DNA from: Octopus sinensis
Lineage: Eukaryota
Direction: 5' to 3'
NCBI RefSeq assembly: GCF_006345805.1
Contig: NC_043000.1
Span: 103,230,001 to 103,294,000, forward strand
DNA length: 64,000 bases
The number at the start of each line of letters is the position of its first letter. Positions within the stretch are counted from its first letter, which is position 1. This document shows positions 13,210 to 24,793 of the stretch, piece by piece. The notes beneath the pieces were generated by a model. It was not told the origin of the DNA. It saw only the letters and a program-made list of their open reading frames with translations, and did not search any database. A program made the position numbers and the translations under genes.

Positions 13210-14112
13210 AGACGTCATATGCATGTGGTGCGGTCGGAGGTAGTACCACTCTAGCGTTCTATAGAGGGCTAGTTGGAGGGAGTGCAACGTCGTTCCCGGA
13301 GAAACTCTAGGCGTCGTCAAGGATCAACTAACCGGTCTATTTCGGAAAACTTTCGGGCCTGAGCCTATGGATGACTTCCAGAAATCCCTTGCCTGGCAGT
13401 GCTAACGAAGGGCGTTGCCTGTTCGAGATAAACTTTACAGGCACGGAAGTACCGTCAGCCGGGCCTGCCCGAGGCGCACCTAGAACGATGAAACCATTCT
13501 GTACGCCCTCGTCCAGTGTCCGAGTATTGCTGACCTGTGGGTTTATGCCGAACACCTGCTGTCGCGTGTAGTACGGATCCAGCTATCAGCTGAAGCCATA
13601 GTGAAGATTGCCCCGCCGCCCTCCTTTGAGTGAGAGGGGCAGGCAGTTTTTATTTGTCTAGTGGCTGTAGCGAAAGAATGGTGGACATGCTTGAAAGGGC
13701 TAAAGTCAGACACTTTCCTCTTTGGCCAAGTCTTCATCAACTTTTTCAAGTGAAACTTGAAAAGGAAGTTGAGAGTGGAGAGGAAAGTGTTGCCTTCTTG
13801 CAAGTTTGTTGAAAGGTGGGTGAATGTTGGAAGAATGGCCAGTGTGAAAGGACCAATTCTGAGCATTCATCTGTGAAAGATAAAAAGAGAAGGGTTCTTG
13901 CCCTGTTGATCAGACACCCGGGGCTTTTGTGGGTTTTTCCGCGAGGACCTTTAAAGCACCTCCGCTATTGGGTGATTCATGTTGTTTAATTTTTATTATT
14001 TTCAAATGTTTACACGCTGTAAAACCCTTTGTCTTGTCTTGTGTTGTCTTCTATGTTGTGTCATGTCATTTTATGTTGCTTTATATAAGCCCTTGTGGCT
14101 AATAAAAGAATT
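13210..14112 (+). mobile_element. 3' end of an L1/Tx1-clade LINE (ORF2 C-terminal cysteine-rich domain plus 3' UTR)
   Basis: Translates with stops as FYRGLV..DQLTGLFRKTFG..DFQKSLAWQC*RRALPVRDKLYRHG..CPR..DETILYALVQC, homologous to 62257-62850; the 3' UTR ends in AATAAAAGAA. Confidence 0.85.
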
Positions 14113-14644
14113 AATATAAGTACATACATTATGGTCGAAATGATGGACTAAAGCCCTTCAAGTTTGTGTCTCATATGTATTTTTAGAACGTAAACGAAAT
14201 GTAAACAGCCTGCTGAGATCACACATGTCTCTTCTTGTGCCCAGGAAAGGAAAATCCACCTTCGTAACTTCAACATTTCTCTCTCCCTCATCAATGAAAA
14301 GTTATTTCTTTTTCTGATCACTGAGAGAGTACTAGTTTATACTTATAGCACACCCAAACTCGGAGAAACTAAAAACAGTATGCGTTAGTTTGCATAACTG
14401 TATCGTAATTATTTAATTAATCAATGCTTTCATACAGCTTTTGAATAAATAGAGAAATTAGTTAAACTTACTGGTTTATGTTTTTAGTAAACAAATATTT
14501 TATGCATAGAGTTTAATAGTTATATTAATTAATTAAACGCTGCCAGTGCTTGCATTACTGTTTCAAAGGCAGATGAATCCTATCTGAATACTATAAATTG
14601 CTATAAGCTATTATTCTCTCTCCAAAGTAAAGTTACCTTATCTA

Positions 14645-15065
14645 GTCATACCTACTCATGAGAGCCGGTTTCCCTGGTTTCATGACATATATTCTCCACC
14701 TGGATGTACTTTATTTGTACTTGTGACGGCGTTCACCCAGGGCGGGTTGAGCCGGCTTCTTCTCTGGTCCTGACGGCATCACGAACCACGGCGGCCCACG
14801 CTCGACGGTCCTGTCTGAGGTCACTGGAGATAGCGAGCCATTCGCGGTTCCATCTGCGCAGACCGACCACCTGCAGACATGAGAGTTCGGAGAAGTCCTC
14901 CTTTATGGGATTGGAAGCCGGTCCGTCGCAGGATTGCTCATTATTGCCAGCTGAGTGAACTGGAGCAACGTTAAATGAAAAGTGTTGCTCAAAAACACAA
15001 CGCAAAATCGAAATTACAATTTTACGATCGTGAGACCAACACTCTAACCACTAAACCAGGTACCT
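14645..15065 (-). mobile_element. CORE-like SINE (family B relative) interrupted by an RTE 3' end
   Basis: Flanks 14645-14705 and 14910-15065 are contiguous SINE sequence (compare 48910-48985 and 7040-7160). Confidence 0.75.
14706..14908 (-). mobile_element. 5'-truncated RTE-clade LINE 3' end
   Basis: Minus-strand IKEDFSELS..VVGLRRWNREWL..DLRQDRRAWAAVVRDAV..AGSTRPG*, followed by a CAAGTACAAATAAAGTA tail typical of RTE termini. Confidence 0.8.
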
Positions 15066-16239
15066 GCACTAATTCTCTCTATGGTCAAGATAATATCATA
15101 GCTAATCACTAGTGAAGAAGGAAACAAGCACTGAAACTAGTCAGTTCGAACTATTTTTCTGGCAACAGAAAAAAATACCCTGTAGCGTGAACCACAGTGC
15201 CTATCTGTCCTGGCGAAGCAAAAATGTATATTCATAAACCTTCGCTCATAAGGTTACCTTGCATCTCTACCCAAATGTCGTACAGTGACATTTGCTAGTT
15301 GATAATACATTGCTAACACTTGCACAACTCTTATACAAATTAGAGCAACTGAAATTATTTCCAGCCAAGTTTCTCTGCACTTTAAATAGCCATAAATTTT
15401 GATTCCGCTTGCTGACAGGAAAATTATCAGCTGCTCCCTAATGAGGCGGTAAAAAAGAAAGCTGAAATTTCACACCTAAGCTAAATATGTGCAGTTCCTA
15501 TATATCTCGCACCCGCAAATTTACCTGAGATCTCTTACTCTCTCTCTTCACACACAAAGTTTGATAGAAATACATACATACATACATACATACATACATA
15601 CATACATACATACATACATACATACATACATACCAATAGGCATATAATACATCAACATATGCATACATTCACATACTTACGTGTGTTGAATGAGTTAAAA
15701 ATTGCTTGTACGTAAGACTATTAGTATTCTGACAAGTATATTAAAAGAGAAGGCCACTGCTGCCATATCGAAATCTCAAGGACGTTTGTCGGCTTATATT
15801 CTTAATTACTTACTTAGAATATTACATATAAATTATAACAACCAAATTCATTGTCAAATTTTTCACCCTTGCATCTTTGGATTAGCAACTTAAGACAATA
15901 TAGTGTCAAATTCTGTAACCTTGGCAGATGGCGTAAAACTATTAATATTATTAGATGTAGTTCGGTCCAGTTTGGTGCATCAGATATTTGTCACTGGGTG
16001 CAATTATATAAGAAAATAGGTGCATCAATAAATACACAACAGAATATATAAATATACAAATAAACAAAGAGGCGAACGAAAGAATGAAAGGAATAATGTT
16101 ATAATATGGGGAATATTGTTTTACGATGTCACTGTGATGGAATTGCTTAAGAAGACAAATATAATGTCATGCTTAATGTTATTTCACAAATTATAATTAC
16201 TGCACCTAAATGACTGCAAAGAGTTTATATATTATACAA

Positions 16240-16288
<49 letters not shown>

Positions 16289-16439
16289 ACATACATACAC
16301 ACAAATATATTTACGTATAAAATTGTGTGTCTGTGTGTATGTGTGTGCGCACGTGTGAATATTCATGCATACTGTATGTGTAAATATACGTGTGTGTATG
16401 CATTTATAGATACATTCATGAAAGCATGATTGTATGTAT

Positions 16440-16612
16440 GTATGTATGCGTGTGTGCATATATATATATATATATAAATATATATATACATATATACATA
16501 TATATACATATATATACATATATACATATAGATATATATATATACATATACATATATATATATACATATATATACATATATATATACATATATTATATAT
16601 ACATATATATAC

Positions 16613-16643
<31 letters not shown>

Positions 16644-16898
16644 CATATATATACATAATATATATAATATACATATATTATATATACATATATATACATA
16701 TATATATACATTATATATACAATCTATATATATATATATATAATATAATATATATACATATATTATATATATACATATATATATATATATATACATATAT
16801 GTGTACATATGTGTATGCATGCGAACATATATTAATTTATATACACTTGCATATAATATAAACATTCCTATATACAACTATCTATCTATCTATCTATC

Positions 16899-16947
<49 letters not shown>

Positions 16948-16952
16948 ATATA

Positions 16953-16960
<8 letters not shown>
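16440..16960. repeat. (TA)n/(TACA)n and (TATC)n microsatellite block
   Basis: Direct reading. Confidence 0.95.
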
Positions 16961-16983
<23 letters not shown>

Positions 16984-18034
16984 CATAATATGTGTAACAT
17001 ATATAAGTCCAAGTATATATTATCTTTATACATATTTATGTATGTATTTATGTACAATATATGTAGGAATTGCATTAAATCCATCATTTTATAACCACCG
17101 AACATAGCGACGGGCGAAATACCGAAAAGCACTTCGTCCAGCGTGCTAACGATATTGCCAGTTCGTTGCCTTGTTTACAAGCCACAATAATGGCGAAACA
17201 TCGGTGTCCGTCACTCTCAAATGGGACTGAAGGTGAGTTACCTCGCCTGCCCATGACTCTGAAGTGTTTTGAGAGTGTATATACTCCACCACGTTATTGC
17301 AGTCACCGGAAAATACACGAAGTATGTACATTAAGTATACGTAGTTAATAATACACGTATATATATTTGTGTGCATGTGTGTGTGTGTATAAATTGGTCA
17401 GTAGCCCATATATCCGAAAAGAGGCACCCCGTAAAGATTAGAGCTGTAATATTTAGAAGGTCGTTTGTTATGGCCAATCAGAAAGTGACCATTGGTTTCG
17501 TATCTTTAAAACACAGGTGCGAAACCAACGATCACTCAGTGACTGACCATAAGAAACAAATGTGTGTGTGTGTGTGTGTGGTTATTTTGTATTGGTTTAC
17601 GTCCCCGAAACCAAGCGTTTTGGCATAAGAAACCGATAGAATAAGTACGAGACTTAAAAATGAGTACTAGGATCGACTTGTTCGACTAAATCCTTCAAGG
17701 TGATGCTCCAGTTTGGCCGCTAATAGTTTGACTGCTATTTATGTGTTGGACGATAACCTTAATTTGTCGCCCAGTTTAAGACAACTTGGCCTTTGTATAC
17801 CTTTGGATACCTTGGAAAGATTTCACTCTATTCCAAATCTGTCGCACTAGGTTTCACCGGTTTGAAAATAAACTTAACCATGGTTTATTCCTACCTTTCA
17901 AACCATTAGTTTCGGATACGCAGTTAGAAGGTCATAAATATCTTCTTTTTTTTTTACTTCTAGCTTATCCATAAAAATGTCTTAAAAGAAAAAAAAATTG
18001 CGTTATGTTTTGATATTAATATAGTAGTGTTCAT

Positions 18035-18545
18035 AAATGGGTGAGATAGCAGAATCGTTCGCACGCCGGGCAAAATGCTTGGCATTTCGTGTGTCGTTAT
18101 ATACAGAGTTCAATTTCCGCCAAGATCGACTTTACCTTTCATCCTTTTGAGGTCAATAAATGACTGCCAGCTGAACATTGGAGTTAATGTAATCAACTTA
18201 ACCCCACCCCGAACTTGCTAGCCTTGTCTCAAACTTTAAAACCAGTATAGTAGCATTCATTAAGGCGGCTAGCTGGCAGGATCGTTAGCACATCGGACGA
18301 AATTCTTAGCGGTATTTCGATTCTCTTTACATTCTGAGTTCAAATTCCATCGAGGTCGACTTTACATTTCAATCTTTGGGGTCGGTAAACACTGGGGTTG
18401 ATGTAATCAACTAGACCCTTTCCCCGGGCTTCACCGGAGTCGACTTTGCCTTTCATTCCTTCGCAGGCCATAAAATAAGTACTGAGGTCCTTTTAATCGA
18501 CTAACTCTATTCCCAAACCTGCTGGCTCTGTACCAAAAATTAACA
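18035..18545 (+). mobile_element. Cluster of three tandem diverged SINE A copies
   Basis: Repeated heads (GCAGAATCGTT, GCTGGCAGGATCGTTAGC) and repeated GTCGACTTT(A/G)CCTTTCA blocks. Confidence 0.75.
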
Positions 18546-19084
18546 CCAATATAGCATTCATTAGCAATAAACTATTCGCAAAGGGTGGGGTAATCTATTA
18601 ATTAAAAAAAATCACAGATCTACAAAATGTCGGCTGAATTCCACAAGACTAATTAATCTAATTTATAAATTTAAATAATCAAACACGAAAGTTTCAATGA
18701 TCATGACGTTAAGTCTTGCTTTGGGCATTAAATCAGTATACATTTTCGTCAGTGAATAATTCATCTAAAACAAAGAACCCTTGCAACACATTGCATTGCA
18801 TCATCTTATATCATCTTATGTCAGTCAGTGAGCTGCAACCATGCTGGGGCACGGTCTTGAAGGGTTTATCAACCCCCGTAGTGATTTCTTTCAGAAGTTT
18901 GGTACTTATTCTATCGGTCTCTTTTGCTGGATCGCTAATTTACGAGGACGTAAAGAAACCACCGATTGTCAAGCGGTGGTGGGGTGATTCAGACTCTTTC
19001 TCTTTCTCTCTCTCCCTCTCAAATATACACACATACGCACATACACACACACACACACACACACATGCACCACACACAAACACA

Positions 19085-19615
19085 TATGATGAAATCAAGG
19101 AGATAAAGGGGTACGTCTACATGGGCACAGTGATTATGCTTCGAGATAGGGATACTGAAATCTCGAAGAGGAGAGATAGCAATTATCTCAATAAAGATGT
19201 GCTCAAACCAAAAAGCTAGACAGGAACATATGTGCCAGACTCTTCTACAGCATTCTTATACACAAATGAGACATGTGCTATAACGAAAAGGGAGGAATAT
19301 CGATTGGCCACGATACAAAGGGCCATGGAATGATCCATGCAAGGAATATCATTACGAGAGCATATTCGAAACGAAAGAATTTGAGAACGGAGCGGAGTGA
19401 ACGATGTAATCACCAAAGCCGAAAGCAAAAGTTTCGCTGAGCAGGACATGTCACAAACAGAATACCCGTGCAATTGCTGAGTGATCGGTAGGCCTCCACG
19501 ATAATAGGAAGATAATATGGTTAAGCGATTTGGGACAAGATGGGAAAAAATGGCACAATCAAGAAACAGCTGAAAGCGCATTGTAACCAGCGATACATAA
19601 CTGCAGCAGATAGTC
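19085..19615 (+). mobile_element. Decayed RTE-clade LINE ORF C-terminus
   Basis: YVYMGTVI..EISKRR, LYTNETCA..RLATIQRAME*SMQGISLREHIRNERI*ERSGVNDVI and R*AGHV motifs. Confidence 0.75.
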
Positions 19616-20279
19616 TGATCGATACTGTAGTACACACCACACACGCACAAACACACACGCACAAACACACACGCACAAACACATACGCACAAACACACAC
19701 ACAAACACACAACACACACACACACACACACACATATTCACATGTATATCGGTATCGTTTTGGGAGCATTGAGCGTATAAACAAATGAGCGTATAAGCAA
19801 AACTTATTGACTACGTATACACGACCGATAATGCCCACGTTACTAGAGCTGCTTTTAATTTTTGATTTAATTTTCTTTCACGTGTGCAAATAGACCTTAG
19901 TTTATTTGCATATAAATCACAGACAAGCCATTCGTTTCATTTTGAAGTGATCCAAGTACATGGCGTTTATAAACCACAGAAATATCTACAATATTCGGTC
20001 ATCCGAGGCAAGTTGTTTCGCATGGCCTGATACATTCGTTGTTCTTTAACACTCGGCGTCGTGTAGGGAGCCTCCATGGATGCGATCGCGCAGTAAATGA
20101 AAGTATAAAGAAAGCACATATTGTATGTATGTGCGATAACACACACACATAAATGCGCACAGGGTAAGGTGAATACATTGTCCTCTAAATTAACGCAAAA
20201 ATGAAAATAACGCTGACATATCATTTTAACAGATATACTTACCAAAATGACAACAATATTTTGAAATACTAAAGAGTAA

Positions 20280-20880
20280 ATTTATTCAATAAAATCGCCA
20301 TTGGCTCCAACCACGGCCTCCAGACGACTTCGGAAACTCCTGCAGTTCTTCTGCACGGTCTTGTTTCAGTTGGTGAATGCTGCCATAATCCTTCCCTTCA
20401 GTTCATCTTTGGTGTTACAAGGAGTTTTGTTGATCTCTCCTTCAACTGCGCCCCACACATAATAATCAAGAGGGTTGCAGCTGGCCAGATAGTAAGGGTG
20501 ATATGGTCGCAGAAATTGTCTGACAGCCATGCCTGGGTTCTCCTGCATGAGTGGCATGGTGCAGAGTCCTGATGCCAAACACAGGGTCTTCCAGCAGCCA
20601 CTGACCCAAGGCAGTACTATCTCCTCCAGGCACTTGATGTAGGCCTCCGTGTTGAGTCTGAGACCGTGTAGGAAGGTGAATGGAGGTATAACGTCAACTC
20701 CAAACACCATGATTTTGATTTTTATCACACTCGATACATGTTCTCAGATTGCAATGTCCTCACATTGACACCCAAACACTCTAAAATGTTTGTATTGGAG
20801 CTTCCGGCCCGAATGCCAAGCAGTACAGCATGTCGTTTCCAAATTTCTGGCAGAATGAGTTGCACCATGGCCGTGTAGTC
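20280..20880 (-). mobile_element. Internally deleted IS630-Tc1-mariner transposase fragment, probably maT (DD37D)
   Basis: IMVFG..PPFTFLHGLRLNTEAYIKCLEE, WHQDSAPCH..TQAWLSDNF and CNPLDYYVWGAVE motifs across frames. Confidence 0.8.
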
Positions 20881-20949
20881 GACAAAATCAAAAAGCAATA
20901 ATTCTTCCGCCTTGAAGAATTTTTAGTCCAAGGTATCGATTCCGGTACT

Positions 20950-21355
20950 TATTCTCTTTTCTCTTTTACTTGTTTCAGTCATTTGACTGCGGCCATGCTG
21001 GAGCACCGCCTTTAATCGAGCAACTCGACCCCAGGACTTATTCTTTGTAAGCCCAGTACTTATTCTATCGGTCTCTTTTTTGCCAAACCGCTAAGTGACG
21101 GGACGTAAACACACTAGCATCGGTTGTCAAGCGATGCTAGGGGGAAAAAACACAGACACACAAACACACACATATATATATATACATATATACGACAGGC
21201 TTCTTTCAGTTTCCGTCTACCAAATCCACTCACAAGGCATTGGTCGGCCCGGGGCTATAGCAGAAGACAGTTGCCCAAGATGCCACGCAGTGGGACTGAA
21301 CCCGGAACCATGTGGTTGGTTAGCAAGCTGCTTACCACACAGCCACTCCTGCGCC
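20950..21355 (-). mobile_element. Full-length SINE family C
   Basis: Head GGCGCAGGAGTGGCTGTGTGGTAAG..GGGTTCAGTCCC, internal microsatellite, tail GGCGGTGCTCCAGCATGGCCGCAGTCAAATGACTGAAAC plus a (TAAAAG)-like repeat; near-identical to 50153-50560. Confidence 0.92.
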
Positions 21356-21434
<79 letters not shown>

Positions 21435-21439
21435 TGAAG

Positions 21440-21860
21440 TCTGGTATTAACTCGGTTGGTCACTTTCGCCGAACGAGTAAGTTACGTAGACGTAAACACA
21501 CCAAAACCGGTTGTCAAACGGGCGTGGGAGACGGAGGGCAAATACAAACACACACATATATATGTATACATATATACAATGGGCTTCTTTCAGTTTCCGT
21601 CTACCAAATCCACTCAACAAGGCTGTGGTCGGCCCGAGGCTGTAGAAGAAGACATTTGCTCAAGGTGCCATGCAGTGGGACTGGACCCGGAACCATGCGT
21701 TGGGAAACAGGCTTCTTACCACAACGGGTTTCCGTTCAGTTTCCCCCTACCAAATCCACTCACAAGGCATTGGTCAGCCCGAGGGTGTAGTAAAAGATAC
21801 TTGAACCCAAAACCACGTAGTTGGAAAGAGAGATTCCTAACCACACATCCATGCCTACTA
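21440..21860 (-). mobile_element. Two further partial SINE C copies in tandem
   Basis: Repeated TTCAGTTTCC..CTACCAAATCCACTCA blocks at ~21590 and ~21735. Confidence 0.8.
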
Positions 21861-23019
21861 AAGCATTGAGAAACAGTTGAAAACTGTAAAGCTATCAAAG
21901 TAAACCTCATTATTAGTTTCTTTATTAAGTGCTTTAGGTAGAAGTGTTCATCCAAGCATGTTAACGAAGCGTAAAGATAAAGCTAGTCATAATAAATGTG
22001 TCACAAATTGTGTTGCAGAGCTTAACAAAGCAAAAAAAAACGAGCAAAACCATAAATACAGTATCATTATTCATAATTGGAAAATAAGAAAATAATTAGC
22101 AATTTTATATTTAGAGTAATAATGATAGCACACTTCTGCTTTAGATTCTAAACACTGAGAGCCTATACGTGGTAATTCAACCTGCTAGAAATAGCTGATA
22201 AATCACCTCCCAATCGTAACCAACGATAGAAAAATAAAAGGAAGAATACTTTCGAAGTACTTTGGATAATGTAGTCCATGATACTATATTATACTTTAAA
22301 AATATGGGGATGATCGTGGCCGGAAAACCTGTAGTGATATGTCGGTTCGATCAGGTCTAACCTGGGGCTAAACAGCAAGCTCAGCAACATTCCTACCATG
22401 GTTATAACTGCTGTGGTTATAGGATAGTTGCATTGGAATTGTGTGACGTTGCCGTAGAAACGTTGTGAGATTATGAGTGGTTTATATTATATCTTCAAAT
22501 GAGTTGACTGGAGACTGGTTGAGATAATACACCAGAAATCCCTTGAAGCAATTCAGTAATGTTCTTTAAAATCCGGATTAAGCTCGTTGTTTTTTATTTT
22601 GTACTTTAGAAAATAATTTCCAAATTTAACCTTTTTACAGCACTCTGAGGTTCATAGAGCCGATGACTGTCTACAGTTTCTTTTGCATTAAGCGGATGAG
22701 AAACAAAATTTCAACAGTAAAGTACGTCAGGCTACCATAGGTAACTTTCCCAGAGGGAAACTGTCGGTTGATATTTTAAAAAAAATTTTATCAAAAATCA
22801 ATGAAAATAAAGCACATCCTGTCCCTGAAACGCAAGGAAGTACCGGCATCGTAAATGAACGTACAAACTATCAGTTAACAGCCGCATGTATAATGTGTAT
22901 TACTCTTCGTGTAAAAGTCTAAGTCCCTTGTGTACTGGAGATAAGGTAGGACAAGTGTCGTGCTGATGAAACGGTTGTTCCCTAATCTCCAAAGAATAGA
23001 TTTCTCCTTTTCCCTCATA

Positions 23020-23230
23020 GCATATCATTCATTATTTTGCAGCACGGATTTTTGTCAGTGAACAGGTCGCGGATTTTAGCGAAGAAAATATTTTGACAAA
23101 TTAAACTTAAATGTTGAAGTGAATCGAACAGCTTTTGTGTGTTTCTTAAATGGCTTATAAACACCTTCCACGCTGCAATTGTTTTCGTTTCAGCACACGA
23201 TCAAATTACTTGCTATGCGAGTACATCTCC
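23020..23230 (+). mobile_element. Penelope-like terminal-repeat (pLTR) fragment
   Basis: Homologous to 49153-49290; carries a hammerhead-shaped motif and lies on the same strand just upstream of the GIY-YIG remnant. Confidence 0.65.
23051..23100 (+). ncRNA. Hammerhead-like motif with G3-C8 swapped core (this copy has C11.1>A)
   Basis: TTTGTCA-GTGAACA-G-GTCGC-ggatttta-GCGAA-GAAA-ATAT-TT-TGACAAA: 7-bp stem I, stem II, palindromic AATATT stem III. Confidence 0.55.
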
Positions 23231-23266
23231 GTAATATATAGATATATATATATATATAATATGATA

Positions 23267-23300
<34 letters not shown>

Positions 23301-23353
23301 TAATATATATTATAATATATATATATATCTATATATATATATATATATATATA

Positions 23354-23404
<51 letters not shown>

Positions 23405-23411
<7 letters not shown>

Positions 23412-23783
23412 GAAGCTACCGTGGACTCTATAACCACTAAAGACACCCTTTCGACGAAGAAATACGTGGGCCTTACAGAGGGTAATTTCAAGGCCAGGTT
23501 CAATAACCACACCTTGGGTTTTAGGCACCGGAACAAAAGAAAAGCGACAAAATTATCTAATCATATTTGGTCTTTAAAAGATAAAGGTGTCGATTATAAC
23601 ATCCATTGGAAGATTTGGGCCAAATGTAAGCCCTTCACCAACGGCAGCGGAAAGTGTGGTCTATGAGACATGGAGAGATGGCTTATCTGGAAAAGGAGCT
23701 TAGACCCTACTACATGTCTAAACTCAAGGACAGAACTTTTCGGATCATGCCCATACGAGAGAAAATTTTTGTTACGTTTTTGA
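23405..23783 (+). mobile_element. Penelope-like element GIY-YIG endonuclease C-terminal remnant
   Basis: IYEATV..KKYVGLTEGNFKARFNNH..TKLSNHIWSLK..YNIHWKI..KCGL*DMERWLI..LNSRTELFGSCPYERKFLL; one in-frame stop at 23664-23666. Confidence 0.9.
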
Positions 23784-24732
23784 TTCCCTAAAGAAAACGG
23801 ATAGAACTTGCTTTCTATATTATGTCCCAAAAAGTTTTTTTATCTCATTATACCTTTTATTATTTCATATATTTTTATATTTTCACACAATCATTTTTTC
23901 TGTACTCTTCTATCCTGCATTTTTTCCTGTGCCTATATAGACGTGTATATAGATTCATTTGTACACGTGTGTCAATATGTATGAGTGGGCAGTTATAGTT
24001 GTGTGCGTGTGTGCAGGCATAAGAATGCATATATATATAGACGTTTTTACTTAGTATTTTCCCATTTTTTTAGGCTGGGGGGGGCATATGTATATTCATT
24101 TTTTGTATATACGTGTGTGTGTGTATGAGTGCATAAGGGCATGTCCGTATATGAACGTGGTTTTTATGCTTTGTATACTTCCTAATGTTTTTTCTGTTAC
24201 CTTTAACTATGGTTTTTTCTTGTGCTTGTGCGTATTTAGACGTATGTATGAACTTTTACGGTACGCGTGTGTGTGTGTGTGTGTGTATGAGTTTGTATAT
24301 ATATGCGTATATATTTGGCGAAAAATGCGAGTGAAGATGTGTAAGTTTTCATAGTGACGTATAAGTACGCACATGGGTCCGCGAGCGCACATGTGAGCGT
24401 ATGACTAGCCATGTTTACATATTTACTATGAACTTTTAATCTTATTTTATATAAGTAGCAGAATTATAACACAGTAATTTCCCTTTATATAACGGTATTT
24501 TTTCATAGCGTTTTGCAGATGGTCAGATAACCGAAGAGATGGTGTTGTGGATTTCCACTTCGGCATCTGAAACTCAGAGTTTTATCTTGACTATTGAGTA
24601 ATTGTAACATATTATTTTATAGATAAATTTCCTCTATTTACATAATATTGAGGTCTCTTTCTTTCTTTTGTTATCTTACCGTTTTAACCAATATTATATT
24701 AATTATTATATATATATATATATATTATATTA

Positions 24733-24770
<38 letters not shown>

Positions 24771-24793
24771 AGAATAGAATAGAATAGAATAGC

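Noticed and set aside
19967-20080. 36-aa small ORF MEAPYTTPSVKEQRMYQAMRNNLPRMTEYCRYFCGL
   Set aside because: No homology or splice support; its length is within chance expectation.
22955-22981. CTGATGA-AACGG 5' half-motif
   Set aside because: Truncated, with no GAAA half; it only supports nearby Penelope debris.
24517-24585. Hairpin followed by GAAACTCAGAGTTT
   Set aside because: The core is degenerate (CAGATGG) and stem I is unsupported.
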